A stretch of DNA of 64,000 nt. Origin: Podarcis cretensis (lineage: Eukaryota). The DNA lies in NCBI GenBank assembly GCA_951804945.1, contig OX638158.1, positions 31,806,001 to 31,870,000 on the forward strand, in the 5' to 3' direction. How positions within the stretch are numbered: the stretch's first letter is position 1; each line of letters opens with the position of its first letter. Under the pieces are notes generated by a model. That model was given only the letters and a program-made list of their open reading frames with translations, made no database searches and had not been told where the DNA came from. The position numbers were made by a program, and so were the translations under genes. This document shows, piece by piece, positions 51,160-64,000 of the stretch.

Positions 51160-52010
51160 TATTAAGAACTTCTTGATATTTCTTTTTTGTGGCAGCCAAA
51201 CGCATTGTAGCTAGATATTGGAGGTACATTAAATTCCTTTGACAAATGGTAAAAACAGATTAGACCTTAGCCTTGATGGAGAAGTTAACAGAAAAATGTA
51301 AAGTGCTTAGAACTCAAACCACTAGTGAAGACCTTTATTCCTCGTGGCATTCTTTTTTTATTTACTGTGCAAAACAATTATTGTCAGCCACCTGAGAACA
51401 CGTTGATTATTGTGGAGGAAGATTTTGGGTTGGGGGGGGGGGAATTACCGTATTTTATTTTTAAAAATGTATATTCCACTTGATTGTAACAAAATCTCTT
51501 AAGTGGTGTAAAAGAGATATTAAAACTAAATAAAAACAAGTAATGAAAGACATTTAAAAACAATGAAATGAAAATGAAAAAGAGATAATGCATCAACATC
51601 TACATGTCTGGATTGGCTTGGCTAAACAAAAATGTTCTAAGCAGGTGGCGAATAAAGTACAGTGAAGATGCTTGCATGATGTCAGTGTGCAGAGAGTTTC
51701 AAAGTATACGTGCTACAGTTTGGTTGGAAATCATGTCTGATTTCCAACCAAACTGTAGCACATATACTTTGAAACTCTCTGCAACTTTGTGGCAATACTT
51801 CTCAATTTGTCCCTAGTTTTCTTCTGTTTATACGAAAAAACAGTTAAAATGTACAAAAACAAATAAACCAAAAAAATGCAGAATGTGCTCCCCACACGCA
51901 ACAAAAACAAACCCTGGGGACAACCTGCTAGAGAAAGGCACTTGTCTGCTCAAGATGGACAGCAGTCAGTGTGTGTCCTCCTATTCCCCTTCACTGGGAG
52001 AAGGCAAGTA

Positions 52011-52236
52011 CAGTGGTACCTCGGGTTACATACGCTTCAGGTTACAGACTCCGCTAACCCAGAAATAGTACCTCAGGTTAAGAACTTTGCTTCAGGATGA
52101 GAACAGAAATTGTGCTCCGGCAGCGCGGCAGCAGCAGGAGGCCCCATTAGCTAAAGTGGTGCTTCAGGTTAAGAACAGTTTCAGGTTAAGTACGGACCTC
52201 CGGAACGAATTAAGTACTTAACCTGAGGTACCACTG
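52011..52236. mobile_element. MITE family A, copy 7
   Basis: Family A TIRs and TA TSD; CpGs largely intact. Confidence 0.92.
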
Positions 52237-52874
52237 TACTAGGAGCAATTCCAACCACTGCCTATGTTGGCTAGTGGAAGAAGGTGAAGACCCTTATTCT
52301 ACACATTGCCCAGTTAAAAAGAGCATTTTGTGAATTAGCTGTTGGAAAATCTGAATTATTGTGGTGAGACAGACAAGTGATCCTTTTAGCTGCAGTACTC
52401 CTGCCTTCCAGTGGTAGTCAGGGAGATGTTTCAGGGAGCTTCATGAGCACAGTTTAAGTGCACCTAAGAGGTCAGAGAAAAACTGTATCTCAAAATGGAG
52501 GTTGCATTTTTGGCTATTGAAGCTGATTCCTACTGATAGGTCTGCAATTTAATGCAAAACATTTGAAGGTCACTGAGCTAGTTGTAGTCACAACAATAAG
52601 TTCCTTATATTGTTTGTGCTAGAGGCTTCCTTTTTATCTTTAACCAGCTGCCTGTGAATTTGAACGTTAGGACCAAAACATTTTTGTTTTGTGTGAGAGG
52701 CTCAGGAACAAGAAGGCAAATGAGAAGAAACAAATGATGCTAGTTGTACAGAAGCAATAACTATGAATTAGTTGCATACTTCCCTTTCAATGTATGTTTC
52801 CGCTCTCAGCACTGAAGAAATGTGTGCATCCCTTCACATTTTGCTCACTTTAGGAACATGTCCTTGTCTTGTAG

Positions 52875-52995
52875 GCTGTTCGGAAATACTGCCCTCATCA
52901 TGTAGGACATTATCTGGGAATGGATGTTCACGACACCCCTGATGTATCTCGATCGATCCCCCTCCAGCCAGGCATGGTGATCACCATTGAGCCAG
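52875..52995 (+). CDS. XPNPEP3: XPNPEP3 coding exon 9 (M24B catalytic His/Glu)
   Basis: [40 protein letters not shown]; 121 nt. Confidence 0.98.
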
Positions 52996-54229
52996 GTAAA
53001 AATACACCTTCTCAACAATGCTGGAATAAAGTTTGCAGGACTGTGTGTGCATGTATAGACACTTGTGTATACAAATGCCTACAACTATAAACATACATGT
53101 ATGTGCATGTATACCATGGGTTCACAGAATTGCCATTCGGTTGGCATATATGGTATTTTCTCCTAACTTGCCATCCTGAGAATCCTAGTTCTCACATTTC
53201 TAAAGTTCTTACATTTCTAGCTTTTACAGCAATGATGAAAAGCTAGGAGACGTGTAGGCAGCATCTGGTAAAACCTAGGACAATAACCTGAGGGCTGAGC
53301 AAGACTTGAGCTTCTAGGGGCGCTGACACTATACTAAACACAACAACTTACATTTTTCCAAAATGCTCTGAGCACATAAAATAGGGTATTATTTCAGTAG
53401 AACTTGCAATACTGTAGGTTGGGCCAGGTTAGTTCATTAACATCTGTTAAGGAAAGAGATTCCACAAGCTTTATTCTACTGTGGATGTATCGATGGTTCA
53501 CCGTCTTAGCTGTGTCTTCTACAAGAAGAAAACACTAGATGCACTTAATGAGGAAACCCCCAGAAAAACCTGTGCATTGGTACGGGTCAGAATCATGGTT
53601 GTATATTTAGGATCACTGTGTAAGTTCAGAGTTGCTGCTGACATTTCATATTCACCTGCATGGTAGTGCAACATGTTGCTGGTTTTTTCCCCCAGCAATA
53701 ACAATACAAAGCTGCTTTTAGTTTGAGATCATCTTCCATCAGCAAAAGAGGTTCAGTTGGTGGGAATGGGGGACAGAGCCTTTTCTGTGGCAGGTCCCAT
53801 TATAAAATTACCTTCCTTAGGGAAGTTAGACTGGTTCATCCGTGATGACTGTTAGGCAAGCAGTGGAGACTTTTAATAGTTTTTAATTGGAGGCTGTGGA
53901 TTTTAATTCTACCCTTTTTGGTTTTCAACGCTCTGCTTTAATTCTATTACTGTTTAGTTTTCTCAATTTGGTTTTGTAAACTGCCTTGGCAGCCCTCATT
54001 AATAAAAATACCTGCATTAGAAACAAAGATTACTGACCTAGCTGAATAGCCACAGCATGCTACACTGGTGTGACACTGTTTGAGCAGTGGCAGATCTCAC
54101 CTTGCCTAAAGTGTGGGTCAGGATAGGGCTCACAGGAGCATCTCAAGGCCTATCAATCTTCTCAAGGCAAGCAGCTACTCAAGCCACTGGAGAACTGATT
54201 TCAATGTGATGCCTCATTAAAAGGCAAAC

Positions 54230-55052
54230 TGTCAGAGCTGCCTCTAGGTCCCAGCTCACAGAGGACCAACGCTAGGCTGTCGTAATGTACAAAAGTCTTT
54301 ATTGAAGTTCAATTTCCATTTCAAAGCCGCAGCGCGCAGCCCTACGTCTTAAACCCTAGATCGGCAAAGTCCCGTCTGAATCTCCTCCCCTCTGACACCA
54401 GTTTAAGATCCTAGCCCTGCTCCACCTTTTCCGCTGCTCTCTTCTCTGGGTCCTCCTGCCCGCTGGGGCATTCCCCTTTCTGGACTCTTCCGACGCTGAG
54501 TCGCTTAGCTCCTCCCCCTCCCTCCGGCGGGCTTTAGGACCCGGTTCCCAATCCTCATTCTCTGCTGTCCCACGCTCCTGTACATTTGAACTTGCCTCTC
54601 ACGCCAACCCAGTGACCTTCCTCCTAACCGTTACACTACTTCTGTCACTGCTTCCCTCTTCCGGGATACTGGCCGGATCTGACCTCCCCTCCGTTGTCTG
54701 ACTCTCCGATGGAGGCGTGGTCAGCCCTGACTCCTCTCCTCTCCCTGCTGGGGGAGACGCTACTCCCGATACCTGTGACTCTTCCCCCCCACTATGCTCT
54801 GGTGGGGAAGCTGGTCCTGATTTCCAACTGCGGCTCTGGGAGTTCCCGCTGGCCCCTTGCTTCTGGGGTGTCCCCCTTGGGACCCCCCTTGCCCTGGCCA
54901 CCGGCGCCCCCTTCTGTGAATCTTCCGATTCGCTGGAGAGGCTCGTGGAATCCCTCGGTCCACTGTCCTCTTCTCCTACGCTCCCCTCGGATTCTTCCCC
55001 TTCGCTCTCCATCTCCTCTTTTCCCTGTGCCTCTGCTCCTGAGCCCCTGACA
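54230..55052 (-). mobile_element. Solo LTR (823 bp), probably Gypsy/Ty3 or retroviral
   Basis: TG...CA ends with short inverted repeats (TGTCAGAGCT / TGTCAGGGGCT); 5-bp target duplication CAAAC/CAAAT; minus-strand AATAAA at 54298-54303; GC-rich block in an AT-rich intron. Confidence 0.8.
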
Positions 55053-55111
55053 CAAATGTATGAATTGGGGCTAAGAATGGGGAGGTTCTTCCTACTGCAT
55101 AAACTCTCCAT

Positions 55112-55314
55112 CAGGGGTTCCCAAACTGTGGTCCATGAGCCTGCTTCATTAAAATGGTCTGTGACATGTCTATAAAAATTCAATAAGAAATCATACAGCA
55201 CCTTGCATAGTGCATTGCAATTGCTACAACAAACAAAAACACATTAAGTGATCAGCCAAGACACTTGGCAATTTACAAGTGGTCTGTGAGGGGGGGAAAG
55301 TTTGGGGACCACTG
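55112..55314. mobile_element. hAT MITE
   Basis: TIRs CAGGGGTTCCCAAACT / CAGTGGTCCCCAAACT; 8-bp TSD CTCTCCAT/CTCTACAT. Confidence 0.8.
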
Positions 55315-55770
55315 CTCTACATCTTTTCCTCTGTGATTTAAACAAGTTGCACATACATTTCAGTGGATTTGGTGGTTAAGTGCTCCTCTTTTTCTGACAG
55401 CCTTTTGCATATTTGAAAACTATCAGCAAATCTTTTCTTTTTACACTATACGACTCGTCCACACTGTATAGCAGGCATCTGCAGAGACATGAATAACTAA
55501 CCAATAGACTATGTCACCCACCTCCATCTTGTACCAACGAATGCAATATGCAGAGTTGTGTGTCCTTGTATTGTACCACTACTGGACAAAGCTATTTTTC
55601 ACAATCTTCTTGCTTGTTTAGAGTCTTTTCTCTAGTGTGAGCCCACATAGCCTTCCTCAGTCCTGTCATATATTTGTATCAGGGTTGAAGATGAGTGCAA
55701 TTGAATTTCTTTATTAATACCGGAGAGGACTGGACAGTTGATTCCTTAATCTGAGAAAATGAAGCCTTTA

Positions 55771-56020
55771 CAGTCATACCTTGGAAGTCAAACGGAATCC
55801 GTTCTGGAAGTCCGTTCGACTTCCAAACGTTCGGAAACCAAGGCGTGGCTTCCGATTGGTTTCTGATTGCGCAGGCATGCCGGAAACAATAGCGGAAGCC
55901 ACGCAGGACGTTCAGCTTCCAAAAAACCATTTGGAAACCTGAACACTCACTTCCAGTTTTCAATTGCCTGGGAGCCGGAACGTTTGACTCCCGAGGTGTT
56001 TGGGAGCTGAGGTACGACTG
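55771..56020. mobile_element. MITE family C, copy 2
   Basis: TA-CAGTCATACCTTGG...GAGGTACGACTG-TA. Confidence 0.85.
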
Positions 56021-56176
56021 TATTCATGTATCCTGCCTTCTAAATTCTGTTAGTTTTTTTGAAATATTAAGTGGTTTATAAATGTTTTAAAATAAATCAT
56101 TAGTGACATGCTGCATATTTGTGACATAGTTTTTAACCCAGGCCCTTTAGTTTTGGATTGCCACATTTATTTCCAG

Positions 56177-56343
56177 GCATCTACATCCCCGAGGATGACG
56201 TGAGTGCCCCTGAAAGATTTCGTGGCATTGGTATACGCATAGAAGATGATGTTGTAGTGACAGAGAACACACCATTAATCCTGTCTGCAGACTGCCCAAA
56301 GGAGGTCTATGACATTGAGCAGGTTTGTGACTGCCGCCCTTGA
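56177..56343 (+). CDS. XPNPEP3: XPNPEP3 coding exon 10 (last; RIEDD motif, stop)
   Basis: [57 protein letters not shown]. Confidence 0.98.
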
Positions 56344-59192
56344 CTGTCCTTCACTGCCTTTGACACCTTGCTCAGGTACAGATCAAGAAATATGCTCTCC
56401 CAAACATTATGTAGTCCTTTATAGACTTTATAGTGTATTTATAGGATTTTTAGAGTGGTGCCGCTGGAAAAATGTTACCAGCAGGGAAATGTGTGTAAAT
56501 ATTCTTGGACAGCATGAACAAAGTATTTAAGTGGGGGAAATGTAGTTCCATGACAAGTCATCAGCTTTGATGCAAATGTTAAAGCAAATCAGGCACAGAA
56601 GCTGGATTTCACATCCCACCATCTGGACTATTTATTGCCCCTGTGCAAATCTTGTTTGTCACTTACAGTGATATATTGAATTGTGGCATGGTTGTTTCTT
56701 AGTTTCTCAGATTGGGTTGTGGGGGCAGAGCTGGATTTCGGCTTCTGATGAGATTGCCCTCTGTTTTAATTTCAAAAGCAGGAAAAGAGTGTTCTTTCCT
56801 TTTTCTCCCTTGCAAAAAGTGGTCTTTTGAAGGCAGCAGCACAGATGAATAAAAAACCGAGAGACAAAACCTTAACATTTAAGTAACACTTCTTTCTTTG
56901 AAGGCAAAAGAAGAGCTTTAGCTTTAAGAAATGGTGTCAAAGTCATTCTGTGAATAACAACTCACAACCCAATCCTATGAAAATGAGGTGTGCCTAAGAG
57001 CATTGATATAGTGAGCTTAAGCAGACCTAACTTTTAAATCAGTCAGTACAAGGCATACAAATGACAGTTTTAGGTGTATAAGCTAATTTGGTGGGCTTGC
57101 ATGTAGTTTCACTGAGGAAGCTTGCCATGGGGTTTGGGTTACTTTTTTTCTGTACGTTTTCTGCCTCTTTTTCCTTGGTTCTTTGAAGAGTCACTGGCAA
57201 GGACATTCTGGAACTGTTTGTATTTAGGGGTAGATAACCAAGTACATAATATGTGCATTTTACATTCAGTATCTTAGAACCTAACTTTCCTTCCCTGAAA
57301 AGGGCAGAATTCATTCATGTTCACAGAATGAGATTTTCTGACTCCTTCTATTTACAGCCCACTGAATCCTCCAAAAATCTTCTCTTTAGGGTTGTGGGAC
57401 TATTGGGAATGTTGTGGGTCATGATGCAGAGAGCTGCATTGGGAGTGGGGAATTTGCAGAAATCTCATCACCACCTTTAGTATATAAGCCATGTGTAAGT
57501 TTCCTTGGCCAAATACAGAGAGATGGTGACCAGGCAATGATAAATTCTCCACTTCCATATTTTTTCCCTGAGAAATGCAGCAATTTAAATGTGACTGCAT
57601 CATTCTGAACTAGTGCAAGGTATCAGTATTTTGTATTTGGGTACTCATACCCAATGTAAGGCAGGATGCAATCCTTAAATAAATGTGATTTTTTTTAAAG
57701 TTGTCTTGCCTAGACAAGATCAAAAAATGAAAACTAATGTGAATGAGATTAAAGCAAAGTTTTGTTTTAGTTAGATCAACAGAAATCTTTTACATTTGAA
57801 TGTAAAGGAGAAAATGTTACAGAACTATCCAGCAACCAGACTTTGTCTGTGTAGCACTTTTTGGATCTCTGAATGAGATATTTTATATTTGTAAAGAGTA
57901 TTATTATAATATATATATTTATATATAATGTACAGAATATTTTATTCTGATATGAACCAAAAAAAAATTCTGTATCAGTAAAAGGTGTCGTTTAAAAACA
58001 TTGCTTTAAAACTCTGATTATGTGATTGCCAGTCAGAAGGCATTTTGCCCATCAGTGCTCATCTTCTTGTGATAGCACTACTGAAATTGGGACTTTCTAG
58101 TTTTCTACCAATAGCAGAAGGTATATCCTTCTTTTTTAAATATTCTAAACTTAAATGAGTATGTACAGCTATGTATTATTTTTTAAAAGGACAACAGCAT
58201 CTAAATTTAAGCATTAGGTTTTGTAAAAGGACTTAGGATGTACAATTTTTAGCTGCTCCTCTGTGAGGCTGCAGCACAGAAGACACATGCAAGGCGGCAC
58301 ACTTCAGGAATCTTAAATGCTTCTGTTCCAGCCTGATGCTAGGCTGATCCTTCCTTAGGTAAAGGCAGCTCATGTTCCTTTTGCCATGATGACTTGTTCA
58401 ACACCTGCCTGCCGACATGTTTACATTTCACTGGTTGCTGTCCACCTGTGGTAGGTGTGGGGCAGGTAGCAGTGAAGAAAAAAATGAGCTTTACCCTCCT
58501 TTGAGAACTAGTGGTATAAAGAACTTGTAAAGAAGGTTGCTTGGTTGTTTCTCTTTTTGGCCCTTAGGGCATTAACCAGCTGGAAGATGAAGTTGGAAGT
58601 GTGTGTCTACACTACAGAACATCAGCAGTTAGGTGTGGGGGGATATCTTGGCGATAAGGCATTAAGAGGCCCTTTATAAAAAGGATAAATTGGCTGGGCA
58701 AAATGTGAGGATATTGCCTAGTAGGGATAAAATAATTTCTACAGAGAAAAAAGATATATCTGGGATCTACATTTTTCCTCTTAGTTCTCTTTGCCCAAAA
58801 TATTGTATTACTCCTCTTTTGTTGCAAGGCCTTATACACAAGTTACTTTATCTATTGATACACTGACTAGAAAGCAAGACTAAACAGTTTAATTGTATTT
58901 GCTGCAGTTTTTACAGAACTGTGGTCAAAAGCTTGAAGTGGTGTTTTCTGTTTGTTGAAGGAAGTATTTAGCAAACTTTAGCCCTCTTACTGGACATTTC
59001 ATTTACCAGTCTCTATTTCTACTATTCTCATTGTTTTAAAAGCTGTAAGACAGAATACAGATAAAAAGTACTTACCTTCTATTTTGTATGTAATGTTTGT
59101 AGAATGAATACAGCTTTCATGTAACTTAAATACTGTTACTTTTTGTCAAATACTAGCTGAAGTCCTTAGAGTTTAAAAGATATGTGCTACCA

Positions 59193-59198
59193 AATAAA
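59193..59198 (+). terminator. XPNPEP3: Candidate distal XPNPEP3 polyadenylation signal (proximal candidate at 56848-56853)
   Basis: AATAAA followed by U/GU-rich sequence after an AU-rich, transposon-poor stretch. Confidence 0.45.
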
Positions 59199-59912
59199 AA
59201 AATGTTGTAATATCATATTGACTTTTGTCAGTTTCTTCTAAAATGTGACGCAGCAGCACTCAGGTCTCTAGTTATTAATTCATTTACATGCAATTAGTCT
59301 TAAGCTACACTTGTGCATTATACTGTAATATTTTAGTTAAGGTGTACAAATAGAAATGGACAGAGCTCCTGAAACATTTATAGCTGAATGGAAAGAGGGC
59401 ATTTTAGCAGGTGTAGCTTAGAATCATGAGGTATCTGTAATATTTATTTGGCCTTGTGAACCTTGTTCCTCCACTGGTTCCCTCCCATACCTGGAGTATT
59501 AGCCTTATCTTCTATGATAACACTGATACTTTGGCAATCTATGCAAATTAACTATAATCTGGAAAGATTTATTTATTTATTTTAAATCTCCAATTTCCAA
59601 ATCCCTGAGTATTGTAGGAATTTATTTATTTTAACTATTCCACATTTTAGGCCAGGGCCCCACCAAATGGTTAACATGACGAATTTAAAAACATTCTTGG
59701 CTGTTGCAGAAACATTGCATTCTTCTTCCTGTTGTATAAAACTAGATCTACTAAAGTTAGATTTTACAATAATCTTTGCAGGTGTGTTGTGTACCCTAAA
59801 ACTATATACATTTTAGACATGTTTTTGGTACAGTACCTGGAAAACAGCATCTTAAGTGTAAACACATGGCAAAGGAGAGTTCAAAAGCAACTGTAGGAAG
59901 GGTTTGTTAGTA

Positions 59913-60141
59913 CAGTCGTACCTTGGAAGCTGAACAGAATCCGTTCCAGAAGTCCATTTGACTTCCAAAACATTTGGAAAGCAAGGCGTGGCTTCTGATT
60001 GGCTGCAAGAAGCTCCTGCAACCAATCGGAAGCCATGCCAGACGTTCGGGTTCCAAAGAATGTTCGCAAACTTCTGGGTCTGTGGCGTTTGGGAGCCAAA
60101 ACATTTTACTCGCAAGGCATTTGGGATCCAAGCTACAACTA
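59913..60141. mobile_element. MITE family C, copy 3
   Basis: TA-CAGTCGTACCTTGG left TIR; right TIR degenerate. Confidence 0.8.
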
Positions 60142-60272
60142 CAAGTTAGAATTCAAAATTCTCAACGAGTTTATAGTGTACACTAAACAGCTCGCAATTT
60201 ACAAAGAAAAGAGTTGGAAAAGAGAATATGCGTCTTAAACAATATTCTTAAATGTTTTCTTTATTTCTAGTA

Positions 60273-60514
60273 CAGTGGTACCTCAGGTTAAGTACTTAAT
60301 TCGTTCCGGAGGTCCGTACTTAACCTGAAACTGTTCTTAACCTGAAGCACCATTTTAGCTAATGGGGCCTCCTGCTGCCGCCACACCACTGGAGCACGAT
60401 TTCTGGTCTCATCCTGAAGCAAAGTTCTTAATCTGAAGCACTATTTCTGGGTTAGCGGAGTCTGTAACCTGAAGCCTATGTAACCTGAAGCCTATGTAAC
60501 CCGAGGTACTACTG
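60273..60514. mobile_element. MITE family A, copy 8
   Basis: Family A TIRs and TA TSD. Confidence 0.9.
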
Positions 60515-61149
60515 TATTGTGGTCCTGTTAGTGTCCACTGGAAAGAATGTACATTTTTTTGCTGTGGCCAACCAGATTAGTCTGGTTCCAGGGTTTGAAA
60601 AAGTCTGTTATGCTGCATATACGCTCTTGTGGACACTGCTAGTGCAGGAACAAATAAGATCAACCATGCAGGCCAATCGTATTTATATGTACAGAAAGAA
60701 ATCCCACTCACTTCAATGGCACTCAATTTCAAGTAAGTGTACATCTTATTGTAGCTTTTGGAGCATCAGTGTAAAGTGCGATGGTGGCGTTTTCTTGCAC
60801 TCCATCTCTCTTTTTCTGATGGGTTGTTGCCAGGGGCCTAGGGAACCTCACCTATTACTCCCCCAGATATCAAAAGGAAGGCAGGCACATATGGAGTATA
60901 AGAAGTGACTTATAATGCCCTGGTGCAACTTGTTTGAAGTCACCCTAGCTTGCGCAGATATTCCTGGGAGCCGAAGCTGCCCGTGGTGCCCTCACAGCCA
61001 AACCATTTCAGGACTTCATTCAGCGTGAAGGCTTTGACTGGGTAGACTGTGCAGAAACGATGATGGTTCAGACGCAAGACCCCTGGAGCTCCGCGGGTCT
61101 TTGCTTACAAGTATAAACATGCCCAGGACACATCTGTGTGCATGCTTCT

Positions 61150-62360
<1,211 letters not shown>

Positions 62361-63389
62361 GCAGTAAACAGGTGGGTTGTTGTTATCACCTGGTGTCACA
62401 GGGAGGCCTAGTTTCCGTGAACTCTACTCGCATGTGCCATTTGAGATGGAGTTGTCGTTACTGACACTTCTGTTCTCTTTGACTTGAGCTACATGTAGTG
62501 GAGTAAGTCAACCTTGTGGGGAGGGAGGGATGGCGGGATACGCATCTTTATTTTGAAGTTACCAGAGTCATGGAGGAAGTGATGAAAGCGTCAGGAAGCT
62601 GGCTCTTCTATAACTCAGTTATAGTTCAGGCCATTGAATAGTTAGCTAGTTCCTAATCTCTTTAGAACTAGTTAGTGTAGTTAAAAAGGTAATTATAACA
62701 CTACTGGTTCATAAAAGTGGCAGGAGCAAGTTAAATTTGTCATTATGAAGTGTTAGCTTGCTGTCACTTTACCCAGTTTTGAGATCTGCAGTTATATATG
62801 TGAAAGTACTATTCAGGAGGGAAACCCTGTCTCAGTTGTAGGGATTACTTCACACAAAAATTCCTAGTGATTTTTCTCAAAAATTTTAATACTATAGGTT
62901 GAACTATAATATTCTTTTTCATGTCTTGATAGCCTTTCACTTGTGGCCCAGGTATAAGAAAGAAAATAACTGTCAATACTCGGCCCTTGCAAGCCATTGA
63001 TAGTAATTCTCTGACATGCTTGGGTACTTGCTTTGTTTTACTTGCATTCTATGAAAATAACAGGCTGTAATCTAGGCCATGATATTTCCTCTTTACAATT
63101 CAGCTGCATAAAGTGATTATTTTTTAGAAGTCTGTGCATAGAAAACTTAACTACAGCACTGGATGAAGTTCACAGCCATCTCTCTTAAGCAAACTGACCT
63201 GTCTATGTGATGTGCTCCTTGGTAGGCTATAAATGTGCATTGGTACTGGGGTAGAATAATTCTATTCCTAATTCTATGGATGAAAAGTTAATATTTGAAT
63301 CAGGAGGAATGATTGCAAGGAATGCAGAAAGTCATTTCATTCAAAAATTATTGGTATGCATTTCAGATAAATGTCTTTTATTCTTGTAG

Positions 63390-63479
<90 letters not shown>

Positions 63480-64000
63480 TAGATAGAGGTAGGAGGTGAG
63501 CAGTATAACTATGTATGGGCAGGTTCATGGCAAAGTGAAGGGAAGTGATGAAGGAAATAACTTTGCAGGTGCCCCAGTGACTCTTGATGAATTGTGATGT
63601 TAGGTTACAGAGATGGAGTTAGGGCAGCCATTACAATTACAACTACATCTGCAATATAAATTTAAACTAGTTGTACTTGTTTCCTCCTAGGAACCCTATT
63701 TATTGTGGTGTCATAGGCTTCAGAACTCTCTTCTTTATCCCCAGACCCTCACTGAACTGAACTTCCTTATGTAGTGGCAAAAACCATGACTTCAGAAAAG
63801 AAAATACGGTTATAAAATTAATTTAGCCTCTTAGATCTTTTAGAAATACTATTCTGGTATGTTAACTGTTGAGTGGTATAGAAATTCCTATGAATAAATT
63901 ACTAAATTTCAAATCAAGCTCTTCAGCTGTTTGAATGGTCTTTGTATACTACAGTGCTTGATTTGATAACAAGTGACTTCTGAGTCTAGGATACGGGTCT

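Noticed and set aside
55053-55201. N-terminal ~50 aa of the supplied 200-aa ORF (54599-55201)
   Set aside because: Lies outside the LTR boundary, in flanking DNA and a hAT MITE; a chance extension of the LTR frame.
56335-56343. XPNPEP3 C-terminal CRP as a peroxisomal targeting signal
   Set aside because: PTS1 needs a terminal Leu or Met; Pro does not fit.

Overview
Eukaryotic (vertebrate) genomic DNA, very likely from a squamate and probably a lacertid lizard. This is inferred from Sauria SINEs and BovB 3' tails. The window holds the conserved SLC25A17 - ST13 - XPNPEP3 - RBX1 block (human 22q13.2 synteny). Exons were mapped by hand from GT-AG junctions and protein similarity. SLC25A17 (minus strand) has coding exons 1-7 here and is cut by the left edge. 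ST13/Hip (minus) is complete: 12 coding exons, 1125 nt, 374 aa. XPNPEP3 (plus) is complete: 10 coding exons, 1515 nt, 504 aa, and sits head-to-head with ST13 on a CpG-island promoter containing a perfect heat-shock element. RBX1 (plus) has exons 1-2 here and is cut by the right edge. Most ORFs in the supplied track are spurious. The introns are rich in transposons: three TA-target Tc1/pogo-type MITE families (13 copies), a 2.3-kb decayed pogo/Tigger element with both TIRs, hAT MITEs, Sauria SINEs, BovB/L2/Rex1/CR1 fragments, a Penelope-like foldback and a solo LTR. The most interesting observations are: (1) the solo LTR, almost all of which is a ~230-codon reading frame with an acidic/Ser-rich body and an Arg-rich tail; (2) the Penelope foldback, which carries a minimal hammerhead ribozyme motif; (3) inverted hAT MITEs bracketing the frame-shifting ST13 exon 5; (4) a possible in-frame ST13-SLC25A17 read-through fusion; and (5) two Sauria SINEs inserted into the same ~90-bp palindromic element family.
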